Positions 1 through 10,153 of a stretch of 64,000 bases of DNA are shown one piece after another. Below the pieces are notes generated by a model. That model was not told where the DNA came from and made no database searches. It saw nothing but the letters and a program-made list of their open reading frames with translations. Source of the DNA: Bdellovibrionales bacterium (GTDB lineage Bacteria; Bdellovibrionota; Bdellovibrionia; Bdellovibrionales; CAYMLA01); assembly GCA_965217115.1 (NCBI GenBank), contig OZ244239.1, forward strand, positions 1,344,001 to 1,408,000, read 5' to 3'. Every line of letters starts with the position of its first letter. Position 1 is the first letter of the stretch. A program made the translations under genes and the position numbers.

Positions 1-216
1 AAATTCAATTTTTTGTGAAAGATTTATTTGTCGGCACAGATCTGTTAGGAAGAGAAAAGACCCTTTTAAGGGGCATATAAGAACTATTTCTTCCCCTTCA
101 TAATCCTGTTCTATTTGTTGGGCAATTTGAATAACGAGTTCTTTTATTTCTTCTCTCGTAATAAAAGGAACCATGGAGTCTTTTAGCTGTGGTGTTTTGG
201 TTGTTTTTGTTGTCAT
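1..216 (-). CDS. hpt: Hypoxanthine phosphoribosyltransferase, 5' part (runs off the window)
   Basis: Manual translation from ATG at 216: MTTKTTKTPQLKDSMVPFITREEIKELVIQIAQQIEQDYEGEEIVLICPLKGSFLFLTDLCRQINLSQKIEF. The LKGSFLFLTDL motif is typical of HPRT. Not in the ORF track. Confidence 0.85.
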   Translation of the reverse strand, partial: MTTKTTKTPQLKDSMVPFITREEIKELVIQIAQQIEQDYEGEEIVLICPLKGSFLFLTDLCRQINLSQKIEF

Positions 217-232
217 TATTTAAATCCACTAT

Positions 233-943
233 TTATAGATGATGAAGATTTGCCTCTTTAAGAAGTTTCTTGGCTTCTTGATGGTGAGGTACTCTCAACA
301 AAACACTCTCCCATTGACCAATAGCTTCTGTCACGGAATTGGAGTTGTAATAAATGGAACCCATCTTTAGTCGAGCTTCAATATGAGCGGGGTCTTTGCG
401 GAGTATTTTTTTCAACTCAGAGATGGCTTTTGCGGGTTGATCAAGGCGAAGGTAAGCATCTGATGCCTTCATTAAAAGAGATGGGCTGTCCCCAAGAAAT
501 TTTATGGCCCTGTTGTACTCATCAAGGGCTTCCATCGTCATAAGATTTTGAAAATACAAATCGCCCAGTTCTTCATGCTTAAAAGCGATTTGTTCTTTTA
601 GAAAAGGATCGGCGTTCTTTTCTTTTTTAAGAAGAACAGTTTGTGCTTTTTCAAAAACTTCTTGTCCTTCTTTATAGCGCCCGAGATCGTTTAATAGAAT
701 AGAAAGTCCGACGCTGGCCTCTATATAGGTTGGATCAACATCGAGTGCTTTTTTAAAAAAGTCAATGGCACGGCTAAATTTACCGTGGTCGTAGTAAATA
801 GAACCAAGCATTTGATAGATTTCTGGTTGTCCGTTATTGCGTAAAAGAACTTGAGTAAGAAGAGGTTCTGCACTTTGATAATCACCAAGATGAAATTTTT
901 CACGAGCTAAGTTTAAGAGATCACTATAGTCAGAGGATGCCAT
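233..943 (-). CDS. Tetratricopeptide repeat protein
   Basis: Repeated TPR-like helices (LGSIYYDHGKFSRAIDFFKKALDVDP; MGSIYYNSNSVTEAIGQWESVL). Confidence 0.8.
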   Translation of the reverse strand: MASSDYSDLLNLAREKFHLGDYQSAEPLLTQVLLRNNGQPEIYQMLGSIYYDHGKFSRAIDFFKKALDVDPTYIEASVGLSILLNDLGRYKEGQEVFEKAQTVLLKKEKNADPFLKEQIAFKHEELGDLYFQNLMTMEALDEYNRAIKFLGDSPSLLMKASDAYLRLDQPAKAISELKKILRKDPAHIEARLKMGSIYYNSNSVTEAIGQWESVLLRVPHHQEAKKLLKEANLHHL

Positions 944-1691
944 GGTGTTTTAACTCGCTTTCGGTAGAGAGTGCTTCATTGCTTTTAGGAAAAGAAGTTT
1001 TTAATTGTTTCCAAAAACGTAAAGATTTTTGTTTTTTGCCTAGATGAGCTGCAGCAAGAGAAGCTCCTTTGAGGCTTTTTGCGTTGAAGCCAAGAAGAGA
1101 GTGTTCGCGTAAAAGACCATCATAACGGTTAAGAGCACTAAGCCATTTTTTTTGTTTGAAATAAAATTGAGCGATATAAAATTCTTTGGCAGCGAGCATT
1201 TTTAAAGCGGCCCGTTTCTTCTCTTTAGATTTTTTAATATATTGAGAATGGGGGTAAAGCCGTAGGATTTGATCAAAATATGGAATAGCTTTTTGAGCAG
1301 ATGAGAGGTCTCTGCCCACAGAGCTGGGTAATTGTTTAAAATAACTCATAGCTAACTGAAATGTCACGTAGGGTGTTTTGCTGTGTTTAGGGTGGAACTC
1401 TTTGAAAAGAAGATAAGAGTGTTGAGCATCTAAAAAATTTTCTTTTTCAAAATAAATATCAGCGATAGCTAGCTCTGCATTGAGGGCCCATTTGGTATGA
1501 GGAAATTTATTTTTAATTTCACGAAATTTGTTAATAGCTTCGTCGCTGCGGCCTGACTGATAGAGTTCCTCGGCTTCTTGATAAGCTTTTTGGACAGAAT
1601 TAGATTCTTTAACTGGAGTGTTAGAGCACCCTTGGTTGATAAAAAAAAGGAGAAAAATTAGATAAAAGAGATGAGTCTTCATAGGGGTCAA
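930..1691 (-). CDS. bamD: Outer membrane protein assembly lipoprotein BamD
   Basis: Lipoprotein signal (NQGC), TPRs, FKEFHPKH, RDLS, YPHSQY and LAAKEFYIAQFY motifs typical of BamD/YfiO. Confidence 0.85.
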   Translation of the reverse strand: MTPMKTHLFYLIFLLFFINQGCSNTPVKESNSVQKAYQEAEELYQSGRSDEAINKFREIKNKFPHTKWALNAELAIADIYFEKENFLDAQHSYLLFKEFHPKHSKTPYVTFQLAMSYFKQLPSSVGRDLSSAQKAIPYFDQILRLYPHSQYIKKSKEKKRAALKMLAAKEFYIAQFYFKQKKWLSALNRYDGLLREHSLLGFNAKSLKGASLAAAHLGKKQKSLRFWKQLKTSFPKSNEALSTESELKHHGIL

Positions 1692-1757
1692 CTTACTTCC
1701 ATACAGTCTTATAAGTCAATACATGCTAAACTAAAAGAGAAAAAATATCTGTCGCTC

Positions 1758-2822
1758 TTAAGCTCGAAATTTGGTTAGATGTTGGTAAATAATGATAGAG
1801 GTTACCTTAATCGTGCTGGCAATGGGAATAGAGATAAGCATTCCAAGAACTCCCATAAGTTGAGAGCCAATGATGATAGAAATAACAACAAGAACAGGGT
1901 GAAGATTGACGATTCTAGCGACAACAATGGGAATAATAATAGCAATATCAACAACCTGTGCAAAGAGATAGACGGAGATAACCAGAAAGAGATCAACCCC
2001 TGTGTAGGCATTGATCCATGCAACAATAAGAGCAGGAATGGCGGCGATAAAGGGTCCAACGTAAGGGATTAGATTTGCGGCAGCGGCAAAAATGGCCAAG
2101 AGGTGGGAATAGGGAAAACCAATCAGAACGAGTCCCAGCCAAACGAGACCACCAACAATAAGGGCTTCCAATAAGCGAGCGCGGATAAAGCCACCAATCT
2201 GTATATTGATTTCATGCTTTAAGTTAAGCGCTAATTCAAACCAATTGTTGGGAGCAATTGAAAGAAATTTATTGGAGACCTCTCGTCCATCTAAGAGCAT
2301 AAAGAAGGCCAAAAAAGGAGCAAGAAGCAAAATTGTTAACGAGTGTGAAAGAATATTTGGAAGATCAACAAAAGTAGCTTTGGACCAAGAGACGAGTACA
2401 GATTCAACGCTTTGTCCAAGGTCAAAACTAATCATACCGCCGAAGAGTTCTTGCAATTTTGTATCAAATGAGGCGATGAGATTCGTTGTTCCTTGAATAT
2501 ATTTAGGCAGATCAGCACGGAGAGTTTGCACTTGATCTGTTATTAAAGGAGAGATGAGCGAGACGAGGACAACAAGGAGGAGAAAGACAAGGGTAAAGAG
2601 AATTGTATTGCCTATTTTCCTGGAAAAGCCCCTTCTTTCCAGATAGTTAACTAGAGGACTTAAGAGGTAATTAATAACAAAGGCAATAAGACATGAGATG
2701 AGCATATTATCGATCATTGTGATAATAGAAAAGAACAAGATAAGAAGCGCAAAGACGGCAACAAGCCGAATTCTTCTTTCCCGTTGAATCATTTTTTGGA
2801 AAACATCTTTAGTTGAGGTCAT
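1758..2822 (-). CDS. AI-2E family transporter
   Basis: Multi-TM protein with YLLSPLVNYLER, NLIPYVGP, LHPVLV and GVLGMLISIP motifs. Confidence 0.85.
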   Translation of the reverse strand: MTSTKDVFQKMIQRERRIRLVAVFALLILFFSIITMIDNMLISCLIAFVINYLLSPLVNYLERRGFSRKIGNTILFTLVFLLLVVLVSLISPLITDQVQTLRADLPKYIQGTTNLIASFDTKLQELFGGMISFDLGQSVESVLVSWSKATFVDLPNILSHSLTILLLAPFLAFFMLLDGREVSNKFLSIAPNNWFELALNLKHEINIQIGGFIRARLLEALIVGGLVWLGLVLIGFPYSHLLAIFAAAANLIPYVGPFIAAIPALIVAWINAYTGVDLFLVISVYLFAQVVDIAIIIPIVVARIVNLHPVLVVISIIIGSQLMGVLGMLISIPIASTIKVTSIIIYQHLTKFRA

Positions 2823-3369
2823 TTCTTAAGGACCTGTTTTTTAATTCTGAAACTTTATTAGTGGCTTCTTTGAGGCGAAGACCAAGCGTTTCTCCAAGTT
2901 TGAGCATAATTTTTATCCCCATGTAGGGGCGTCGTTCTGCCAATTCAAGGAGATCTGGTTTAAAAAAACCAATTAAGGTGGTTTCTTGGTTGGCTGTTGC
3001 GGTCGCAGTGCGCAGGCTTTCTGGTTCTACAAGGGAGAGTTCTCCAAAAAAATCATCTTTGCCCATCTGGGTTATAAATAAGTTTTGATCGTGTTCTTCA
3101 AGATTATAGTTGTTAACGGTGATATCAATAGACCCATTGAGTATGATGTACATACCTATACCGATTTCACCTTGTTGAAAAATATTTTCTTGGGGGCGAT
3201 AGTGACGAATATGAACTATTTGTTCTAGCTGTCGAAGTTCTTTTTTGCTGAGGCTTTGAAAAATAGGTGTTTTTCGTATTGCCCGTTGAATTTTTTCTGA
3301 ATTGGAATCTTTCTTTATGAAATGACTCCAGATGTAATTTATTTTTTTTATGCGGTTATTATTTGTCAT
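2809..3369 (-). CDS. Cyclic nucleotide-binding domain protein
   Basis: IFQQGEIG-GMYIILNGSI and FFGELSL...RTATATA cNMP-binding signature. Confidence 0.85.
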   Translation of the reverse strand: MTNNNRIKKINYIWSHFIKKDSNSEKIQRAIRKTPIFQSLSKKELRQLEQIVHIRHYRPQENIFQQGEIGIGMYIILNGSIDITVNNYNLEEHDQNLFITQMGKDDFFGELSLVEPESLRTATATANQETTLIGFFKPDLLELAERRPYMGIKIMLKLGETLGLRLKEATNKVSELKNRSLRNDLN

Positions 3370-4174
3370 GTTTTTTTCCTGAAGTTTGTCCCGATGTTTG
3401 AAAGAGAGAATTACTTTTTACCCATCCACTTAGTTCACCAGAATATTGCACCTGTGTCCATGGGGCGTTGTTTCTTTTTATAATAACTTCTTGGCCTTCA
3501 AAAAGTTCATAAATAGATGGGCTATTTTCTTTGGCAGTGGCAAGAACGTGAATTTGATTTTGAATGACGGTTGCTCTAGGGATTTGTTGATCGAGGATTT
3601 TCAAAATAGAGAGAATTCCGCTGAAAATAAAAAGAGAAAATAGAGCTAGGCCAGTGTAGGGGAATTTCACTGGCGAGAGATTATTTAGAGAGGCTCTTTT
3701 GCGTCGCCCCAGGTAGGCAAGAATGGGCGGCAGACTGATCAGCATGAGAGCTGCTGTCGCTGAAAGATAGAGATATAGAGGGGTGGTTGAAAAAAGAGAA
3801 TTGTGTAAATACTGCCAAAAGTTACTTTTGGTGGGGGGTGGGGGGATTTTGAGCTGTTTTTGGGCAAAATTAAGAGCTTGTTTTGCTTGGAAAAGAGTTG
3901 GATTTAGAGAGAGAGCTTTTCGCCAGAGTCCGATCGCTTTACCGAAATGACCCTCTCTGTACTCGATAAGACCTAAATTTGTGAGAGCGGAAGGCCTTTC
4001 AACTGAATGAATAAGCTTTGTCAGTTTTTCTTTTGCCTGAGAGAAATCGCCTTTTTGATAATCTTTTAAAATGTGATGATATGTTGAGGTTATAGTTGAA
4101 TTGACAGATGAGTTGTCGATGCAGTGCCCCGCAAAAGAAGATGTAATTATTGAAATAAAGAGGGCTTTTTTCAT
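3359..4174 (-). CDS. TPR plus SH3-like membrane protein (BatE-like)
   Basis: Signal peptide, TPR (NLGLIEYREGHFGKAIGLWRKALSLNP), two TM helices, C-terminal bacterial SH3 (LFEGQEV...WTQV...SGWV). Confidence 0.7.
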   Translation of the reverse strand: MKKALFISIITSSFAGHCIDNSSVNSTITSTYHHILKDYQKGDFSQAKEKLTKLIHSVERPSALTNLGLIEYREGHFGKAIGLWRKALSLNPTLFQAKQALNFAQKQLKIPPPPTKSNFWQYLHNSLFSTTPLYLYLSATAALMLISLPPILAYLGRRKRASLNNLSPVKFPYTGLALFSLFIFSGILSILKILDQQIPRATVIQNQIHVLATAKENSPSIYELFEGQEVIIKRNNAPWTQVQYSGELSGWVKSNSLFQTSGQTSGKKHDK

Positions 4175-4268
4175 AAGGTTATATTAAGACGGTCGAGCTG
4201 GAATTGGCAAGGGTTGTATAATCTGATAGAATTTGAGGGTCTTTTAAATAAACGAGAGGAAGAGAGCT

Positions 4269-5651
4269 ATGTCTAAAGCCTATGGAAATGAGATTGTTGA
4301 TAAGGAAAATCAAAAACTTATTGAGGAATTGGTAAAAAATATTTCTGAAGTGAATTCTCAAATAAAAGGAATTAAAGATGGAAACGAGGCAAATCTTGAG
4401 AGCTCTATGAAGAGAGTGGCTCAATTTCGCGGAAGGCCATTGTTTTATCCTTATATGGGAAGTGGAGCTGGTCGAGGTCCTTATGTTGAGTTAGAGGACG
4501 GGAGTGTAAAGTTAGATTTGATCAACGGTATTGGGGTGAACATACTTGGACATTCACACCCCGATGTTTTACGAGCCAGTTTAAAGGGTGCAATGAGCAA
4601 TGTGGTTATGCAGGGAAACCTACAACCAAATGCGCAGTATTTAGAATTTGGCGAGAAGCTAACGAGCTTGGCAAGTCGTCGAAGCCTATTGAAGCATGCG
4701 TGGATTTCAACTTGTGGTTCTGTGGCTAATGAGAATGCACTTAAAATAGTGCGACAAAAAAAATCTCCAGCAAAAAAAATAATTGCTCTAAAGTGTGCTT
4801 TTGCTGGACGAACAACAATGATGGCAGAGATAACGGACAACCCTAATTTCCGTGTGGGGTTGCCAGAGTATGGAGAGGTTTTGAGAATAGATATGCCCAA
4901 TAATTACACACTCTCATCTTGTGGAGGGCGTTCTTCAGGAGAAAAAGCTCTGCGTGTTTTAAAGGAGCTTGTTGCAAAGAATGGAGGAGATATTGCAGCA
5001 TTTATGTTTGAACCACTTCAGGGTGAAGGTGGGTTTCGGGTGGCTTCACGAGATTTCTTTATTCCATTGCTTGAATTTTGTAAAGAGATTGGAATTGCTG
5101 TTTGGGCAGATGAGGTACAAACTTTTTGTCGTACGGGAGAATTATTTTGTTTTGAAAAATTAGAAATTGGTAATTATTTAGATATATGCACTATTGCTAA
5201 GGCGGCCCAAGTTGGAGCAACGTTGTATACGGAAGAATTTAACCCTAAACCAGGTTTAATAGCAGGAACGTTTGCAGGCTCCTCTGTTTCTTTAGCGGTA
5301 GGAACAGAAATTTTGAATGTATTAACCTCTGGAGAGTATTTTGGTTCAGAGGGAAAAATAGAAAAAATACACAAAGAATTTACAGGAATGTTGAATGAGT
5401 TATCAGAAGGCTCTTGTCAGGGACTTATTTCTGAAGTTGGAGGAATGGGGCTGATGGTGGCTTTTACTCCTTTTGACGGAACAAAAGAAAAAACAATGCC
5501 TTTACTTAAAACTCTGTATAAAAATGGGGTTATAGCATTTGCCTGTGGACATGGGCCCTATCGTATTCGTTTTTTAATACCTGCAGTTTTACAAAGTGAG
5601 GATATTGAAGTGGTTAAAGGGATTATTGAAAAATCTTTAATACAGGGTTGA
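4269..5651 (+). CDS. Class III PLP aminotransferase (succinyl/acetylornithine aminotransferase-like)
   Basis: ILGHSHP, FAGRT, FEPLQGEGG, DEVQT and IAK (PLP lysine) motifs; upstream of astA. Confidence 0.85.
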   Translation: MSKAYGNEIVDKENQKLIEELVKNISEVNSQIKGIKDGNEANLESSMKRVAQFRGRPLFYPYMGSGAGRGPYVELEDGSVKLDLINGIGVNILGHSHPDVLRASLKGAMSNVVMQGNLQPNAQYLEFGEKLTSLASRRSLLKHAWISTCGSVANENALKIVRQKKSPAKKIIALKCAFAGRTTMMAEITDNPNFRVGLPEYGEVLRIDMPNNYTLSSCGGRSSGEKALRVLKELVAKNGGDIAAFMFEPLQGEGGFRVASRDFFIPLLEFCKEIGIAVWADEVQTFCRTGELFCFEKLEIGNYLDICTIAKAAQVGATLYTEEFNPKPGLIAGTFAGSSVSLAVGTEILNVLTSGEYFGSEGKIEKIHKEFTGMLNELSEGSCQGLISEVGGMGLMVAFTPFDGTKEKTMPLLKTLYKNGVIAFACGHGPYRIRFLIPAVLQSEDIEVVKGIIEKSLIQG

Positions 5652-5660
5652 TTAAGAGAG

Positions 5661-7019
5661 ATGGCTTTTGATTTTATTAATGTTTGTCGAAATCTCATAA
5701 ATATTGATAGTTCTCCACAAGGGGGCACATCTGAAATAGTTGGCTATATAGCTAAACTGTGTAAAGACCTTGATCTGTATGTAGATATTCAGAAAGAGAG
5801 AAAAAAAGACTTGGATCAGGCCAATATAATTGTGCGTTTAGACCCTAATCAGGCTGACAAAGAATTTTTATTATTAAGTCACTTGGACACAGTTGACCCT
5901 GGAAACTATAGAATGTGGAAAGAGACAGGGCAGAACCCTTTTAATGGAACGATTATACAGAATAATATTTACGGTTTAGGGGCTGTGGATGCTAAATTGG
6001 ATTTTGCTTGTAAATTGAGAGCACTACTAGAGGTAAGAGAAAAGCGAAAGGGTCAATTTAAATTATTTCCTGTTTTAGTTGGGACCTATGGTCAAGAATT
6101 GGGTTTGTTGGGGGCGAGTAAATTATTACGCAAGGGAAAGGTTTCTCCAGTGAAGGTTCTTGTTGGCGACCCATCAAACTTAAGGTTGTGTTGTGCCGGT
6201 AAGGGGATGGCAACAGTAGAGATACGAATTCCTTTTTCTGAAGAGGAGATTTGTTATCGTCGAGATCATGATACTTTAGAGAGTACATCTTCACAAAGTA
6301 AAATTTTTTCAGGAAGAGCAGCTCATTCATCAAGTCCTTATGCTGGGAATAATGCTATTAATAAGATGTTTTCTTATCTTGAAAAAATGCCCGAGGGATT
6401 AGTTGTTATGGAAATGGAGGGAGGAGTAAGTCCACAAACAATTCCTGCTTCGGCTGTCTTAGAGATGGATATTGTGGGCGGAGTTCGAGACAATATTACA
6501 AGTCGAATTTTAAAGATTTATAAGAGGATACGCCAAATAGAAGAAGAGTTTGGAGAGTTTCCTGATAAGAGGTTCTCTCCTAGTAAGACAATTTTAAACT
6601 TTGGTGTTGTGAGGACTTATGAGGATTATATTCTTCTTTGTGGAGTCTGTTTAGTGACTCCATCAGTAGATAATGAAACTTATGGTTGCTGGATGAATAG
6701 AATTGATGAAAGCTGTAGAGATGCTGGTGGAGTGTTGCGTATAAAGAGCTATAAGAAACCATTTAATATAAGCGAAGATTCAGATTTCGTTCAGGGGTGT
6801 TTGGAGGAAATGGGAAAAATGGGTTTAGATCCCGAGGTCTCTTTTAATGCCTCCTATAGTGAAGCCAGTATTTTTGATAAAAATGGTATCGATTGTATCT
6901 CTTTTGGTCCAGGATTGAAGGCTGGGAATTCGCATTCGGCAAATGAACATGTCAACATAGAAGATTTGAATAAAGCGACGGAATTTTACCGTCGTGCTTT
7001 AACAAGATTCTGTTTTTAA
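5661..7019 (+). CDS. M20 family metallopeptidase (ArgE/DapE-like deacylase)
   Basis: SHLDTV, YGLGAVDAK, GRAAHSS, FGPG and HSANEHV motifs. Confidence 0.8.
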   Translation: MAFDFINVCRNLINIDSSPQGGTSEIVGYIAKLCKDLDLYVDIQKERKKDLDQANIIVRLDPNQADKEFLLLSHLDTVDPGNYRMWKETGQNPFNGTIIQNNIYGLGAVDAKLDFACKLRALLEVREKRKGQFKLFPVLVGTYGQELGLLGASKLLRKGKVSPVKVLVGDPSNLRLCCAGKGMATVEIRIPFSEEEICYRRDHDTLESTSSQSKIFSGRAAHSSSPYAGNNAINKMFSYLEKMPEGLVVMEMEGGVSPQTIPASAVLEMDIVGGVRDNITSRILKIYKRIRQIEEEFGEFPDKRFSPSKTILNFGVVRTYEDYILLCGVCLVTPSVDNETYGCWMNRIDESCRDAGGVLRIKSYKKPFNISEDSDFVQGCLEEMGKMGLDPEVSFNASYSEASIFDKNGIDCISFGPGLKAGNSHSANEHVNIEDLNKATEFYRRALTRFCF

Positions 7020-7025
7020 GGTGTA

Positions 7026-8051
7026 GTGATGATGGATTTTTTAATTCGAGGGGCACGAATAGAGGATTTGGAAAAGCTCTATGATTTATCCTCACAATTT
7101 ACATTATTGAATCTACCTAGTGATCGGAAGGTTCTTACGGGAAAAATTGAGAAAAGCCTTTTGTCTTTTTCTGGCAAATTAGAAAGAATGACTTCAGAAT
7201 ATTTATTTGTTGTGGAGGAATTATCGACAGGAGCTCTAGTCGGGAGTTCACAAATTATTGGACAAAAAGGAACTCTTGATTGGCCTAATTATGCTTTTAA
7301 AGTTTTAAAGAGAAGTCGTTATAGCGAAGATTTAAGTATCGGTTTTATCCATACAGTTTTGAGCTTAAGAGAAGAAACTGCAGGGCCAACAGAAATTGGA
7401 GGTCTTTTGGTGGATAAAGGCTATCGTCGAAGAAAGGAAAAAATAGGCAAGCAAATGAGTCTTGTACGATTTCTGTATATTGGCATGGAAGCAGATAGAT
7501 TTGACGAAAACCTACATGTAGAATTTGCTCCTCCATTCACCGATGAGGGAAAGAGCCTTTTTTGGGAGGCATTGGGTCGTAAATTTACTGGGTTGGCCTA
7601 TGATGAGGCAGATTTATTGAGTCGACATAATAAGGAATTTATACGAAAGCTTTATCCTGAGGCGGATCTTTACCTGACTCTTTTAGATCAGCAAGTTCGG
7701 TTAGTTTTTGGAAAAGTTGGTATTGAGACATTACCAGCTTTAAAGTTATTAGAAGAAATGGGTTTTCAATATTCTGAAGAGATAGATCCTTTCGATGGCG
7801 GGCCTCACTATAATGCAAAAACAAGTGAAATAGAAATGATAGATAAAGTTAAAACATATATTTTGTCAGAGAGAGGAGGTCTTGTTTATAATAAGAGAGG
7901 TCTTTTGGGTTCAACTTCTTCAGGAGAATTTCGAGCCTGTTATTTGTCTTATTTTATTGAAGATGGAAAAGTTTACCTACCTATGAATTACAGAGAGTCT
8001 CTATCTATTGATGTGGGCGAGACTGTCTCGATCTTACCAGTGGATTTTTAG
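7026..8051 (+). CDS. astA: Arginine N-succinyltransferase
   Basis: LLNLP, YLFVVE, TEIGGL, SLFWEALGRKFTGL, DPFDGGP motifs of the AstA family. Confidence 0.85.
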   Translation: MMMDFLIRGARIEDLEKLYDLSSQFTLLNLPSDRKVLTGKIEKSLLSFSGKLERMTSEYLFVVEELSTGALVGSSQIIGQKGTLDWPNYAFKVLKRSRYSEDLSIGFIHTVLSLREETAGPTEIGGLLVDKGYRRRKEKIGKQMSLVRFLYIGMEADRFDENLHVEFAPPFTDEGKSLFWEALGRKFTGLAYDEADLLSRHNKEFIRKLYPEADLYLTLLDQQVRLVFGKVGIETLPALKLLEEMGFQYSEEIDPFDGGPHYNAKTSEIEMIDKVKTYILSERGGLVYNKRGLLGSTSSGEFRACYLSYFIEDGKVYLPMNYRESLSIDVGETVSILPVDF

Positions 8052-8056
8052 CACCT

Positions 8057-9121
8057 ATGAAAAAAACACTAGGATTTTTTATTATTGGAGTTTTTACAGT
8101 CATTTTTTTCATGACATGGAGAATGTTTAAATTCATAAATACGTCCCCCTCTCTGTCATCACAGAAGGTTATTTTTGAAGTAAAAAAGGGGAGTGGTTTT
8201 TTTCAAATTGCAAAAAAATTACAGAAAGAAAATTTAATCACCAATGTTAAGATGTTTTATTTACTGACTAAATTTAAAAACAAGGAGAAGGATCTTCGTG
8301 TTGGTGAATATAGCTTAGATAGGAATATGTTTCCATCAGAAATTTTAGATATAGTTTCTTCAGGGAAAAGTCGAATTTATAATGTCACATTTCAGGAGGG
8401 GCTGAATATATTTGAAATGGCAGACCATTTAGAAAAAAGGGGGTTAGGAAAGAGAGATGTTTTTCTTAAAATCTGCCATGATTCAAAAATTATAAAAGAG
8501 CTTCTGGGCTTTCAGGCTGATAGCTTAGAGGGATATCTTTTCCCAGAGACATATAAAATAACTAAGTACACGGGCGAGTTGTCTCTCATTAAATTAATGA
8601 ATCATCGATTCAGGGAAGTTTTTTCTTCTATTGATTATTTAATAGCTTCCACGGTGAAAAAACACAAACTAAACTCTCATGACGTAGTGACCTTGGCAAG
8701 TATTGTAGAGAAAGAAGCGGGAAAACCTGAAGAGCGTCCTGTGATTGCTTCGGTGTTTTTCAATAGATTAAAGAGAGATATGCGATTGCAAACAGATCCA
8801 ACAACTATTTACGGATTATGGCTTGAGAGAGGCGAACGACCATTTAATATTACAAAAAAAGACCTGAGGCAAAAGAACCCTTATAACACATACACCTTTA
8901 GAGGATTGCCAAAGGGGCCGATTTCTAATCCAGGAGAGGACGCCTTGCTAGCGGTTTTAAAGCCGAGAAAAACAAATTTTCTTTATTTTGTTTCTCGCAA
9001 TGATGGGACAACGATGTTTAGTGAAAATTACAAACAACATCAAAAAGCAGTTCAGCGTTTTCAGCTAAATCGTAAAGCGCGTCAGGGTAAATCGTGGCGG
9101 GATCTAAACAAAAATAAATAG
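8057..9121 (+). CDS. mltG: Endolytic transglycosylase MltG
   Basis: LEGYLFPETY, LASIVEKE, RLQTDPT, NPYNTY, GLPKGPISNPG, LYFVS. Confidence 0.92.
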   Translation: MKKTLGFFIIGVFTVIFFMTWRMFKFINTSPSLSSQKVIFEVKKGSGFFQIAKKLQKENLITNVKMFYLLTKFKNKEKDLRVGEYSLDRNMFPSEILDIVSSGKSRIYNVTFQEGLNIFEMADHLEKRGLGKRDVFLKICHDSKIIKELLGFQADSLEGYLFPETYKITKYTGELSLIKLMNHRFREVFSSIDYLIASTVKKHKLNSHDVVTLASIVEKEAGKPEERPVIASVFFNRLKRDMRLQTDPTTIYGLWLERGERPFNITKKDLRQKNPYNTYTFRGLPKGPISNPGEDALLAVLKPRKTNFLYFVSRNDGTTMFSENYKQHQKAVQRFQLNRKARQGKSWRDLNKNK

Positions 9122-9127
9122 GTTTTT

Positions 9128-9290
9128 GGGCGAAGTGGGGGTGGTCCCAAGGGGGCTTCATCTCCAAGTTCAAACATGCGTTTGGCTGCGGCGCTCGCTT
9201 TGCGAGCATCGCACCAAGCCGAACTCACTTGGAGATAAAGCCCCCTTGGGACCACTCTCATTAGAAAAACCATTTGGCTGGGAACAACGA
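9128..9290. repeat. Long hairpin element, copy A (29-bp arms at 9141-9169 and 9227-9255 around a 57-nt conserved core)
   Basis: gtggtcccaagggggcttcatctccaagt ... acttggagataaagcccccttgggaccac, 28/29 complementary. The core is the reverse complement of the core at 12074-12130. Confidence 0.9.
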
Positions 9291-9834
9291 TGCCATTCAT
9301 CACTTTGTGATGAAGGCATGGTTAAATTTATAGGAATATTGAGTTGGTGGGATGGAGATGATTTTTAACCAGTAATCTCTAGCATCGCAGTTGATCGTGT
9401 TGTTTTCAGGTTTAAAGATGGGGTTGGGGGTGGCGTTTGCTTTGCGAGTATTGCAGCAAAGTGAACCCACTTGGAGATGAAGCTCCTTGGGAGCACTCTC
9501 ATTGGAAAAAGGATTTGGCTGGGAACAACGATGCCATTCATCACTTTGTGATGAAGGCATGGGTTAAATTTATAGGAATATTGAGTTGGTGGGATGGAGA
9601 TGATTTTTAACCAATTGAAGGTTTCTAATGAGCGGTGATTTAATTGGGGTTTGTTTTCAGGTTTAAAGATGGGGTTGGGGGTGGCGCTTGCTTTGTGAGC
9701 ATTGCAGCAGAGCGAACCCACTTGGAGATGAAGCTCCTTGGGAGCACTCTCATTGGAAAAACTATTTGGTTGGGAACAACGATGGCATTCATCACTTTGT
9801 GATGAAGGCATGGTTAAATTTATAAGAATATTGA
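9227..9834. repeat. Three imperfect tandem units (starts 9227, 9468, 9719; periods 241 and 251 bp), each with hairpin atgccattcatcac-ttt-gtgatgaaggcat
   Basis: Direct alignment of cacttggagat...gggaacaacgatgccattcatcactttgtgatgaaggcatgg...ttaaatttata blocks. Confidence 0.9.
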
Positions 9835-9877
9835 TATAAAAACATTGTTTTTTTTTATTTACTGCCATATTTTATTT

Positions 9878-10153
9878 ATGAAAAATTTGGTGATGATACC
9901 TACCTATAATAGAAAAGAGAATAAACCTGAGGGGTTGGTAGAGATTTTGAAAACCTGTGAATACATAGATTTTGTGATGGGTTTTCGTTATATTACTGGT
10001 GGTCCTATGGTGAATTGGAGTTTGGGGTATGTTTTTGAAGATCGTCAATTAGGCCAAAGTAAAATGTCTTCCAAAACTGGAATAGAAACATTTTCTAGAA
10101 TATGGAAAATCCATTTAAATTATTTATATGGTATAAACAGAGAGTTGGTATAA
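9878..10153 (+). pseudogene. Internally deleted polyprenol-phosphate glycosyltransferase (DPM1/GT2-like) remnant, 91 aa
   Basis: Keeps N-terminal IPTYN, middle DFVMGFRYITGG-VNW and C-terminal FEDR-GQSKMS motifs of ~240-aa DPM1-like enzymes, but lacks the intervening regions including DxD. Confidence 0.7.

Noticed and set aside
9018..9868. ORFs 9018-9209, 9082-9303, 9126-9368, 9300-9560, 9365-9868 (and 12039-12245)
   Set aside because: They are translations of the repeat elements, with no RBS or recognisable domain.
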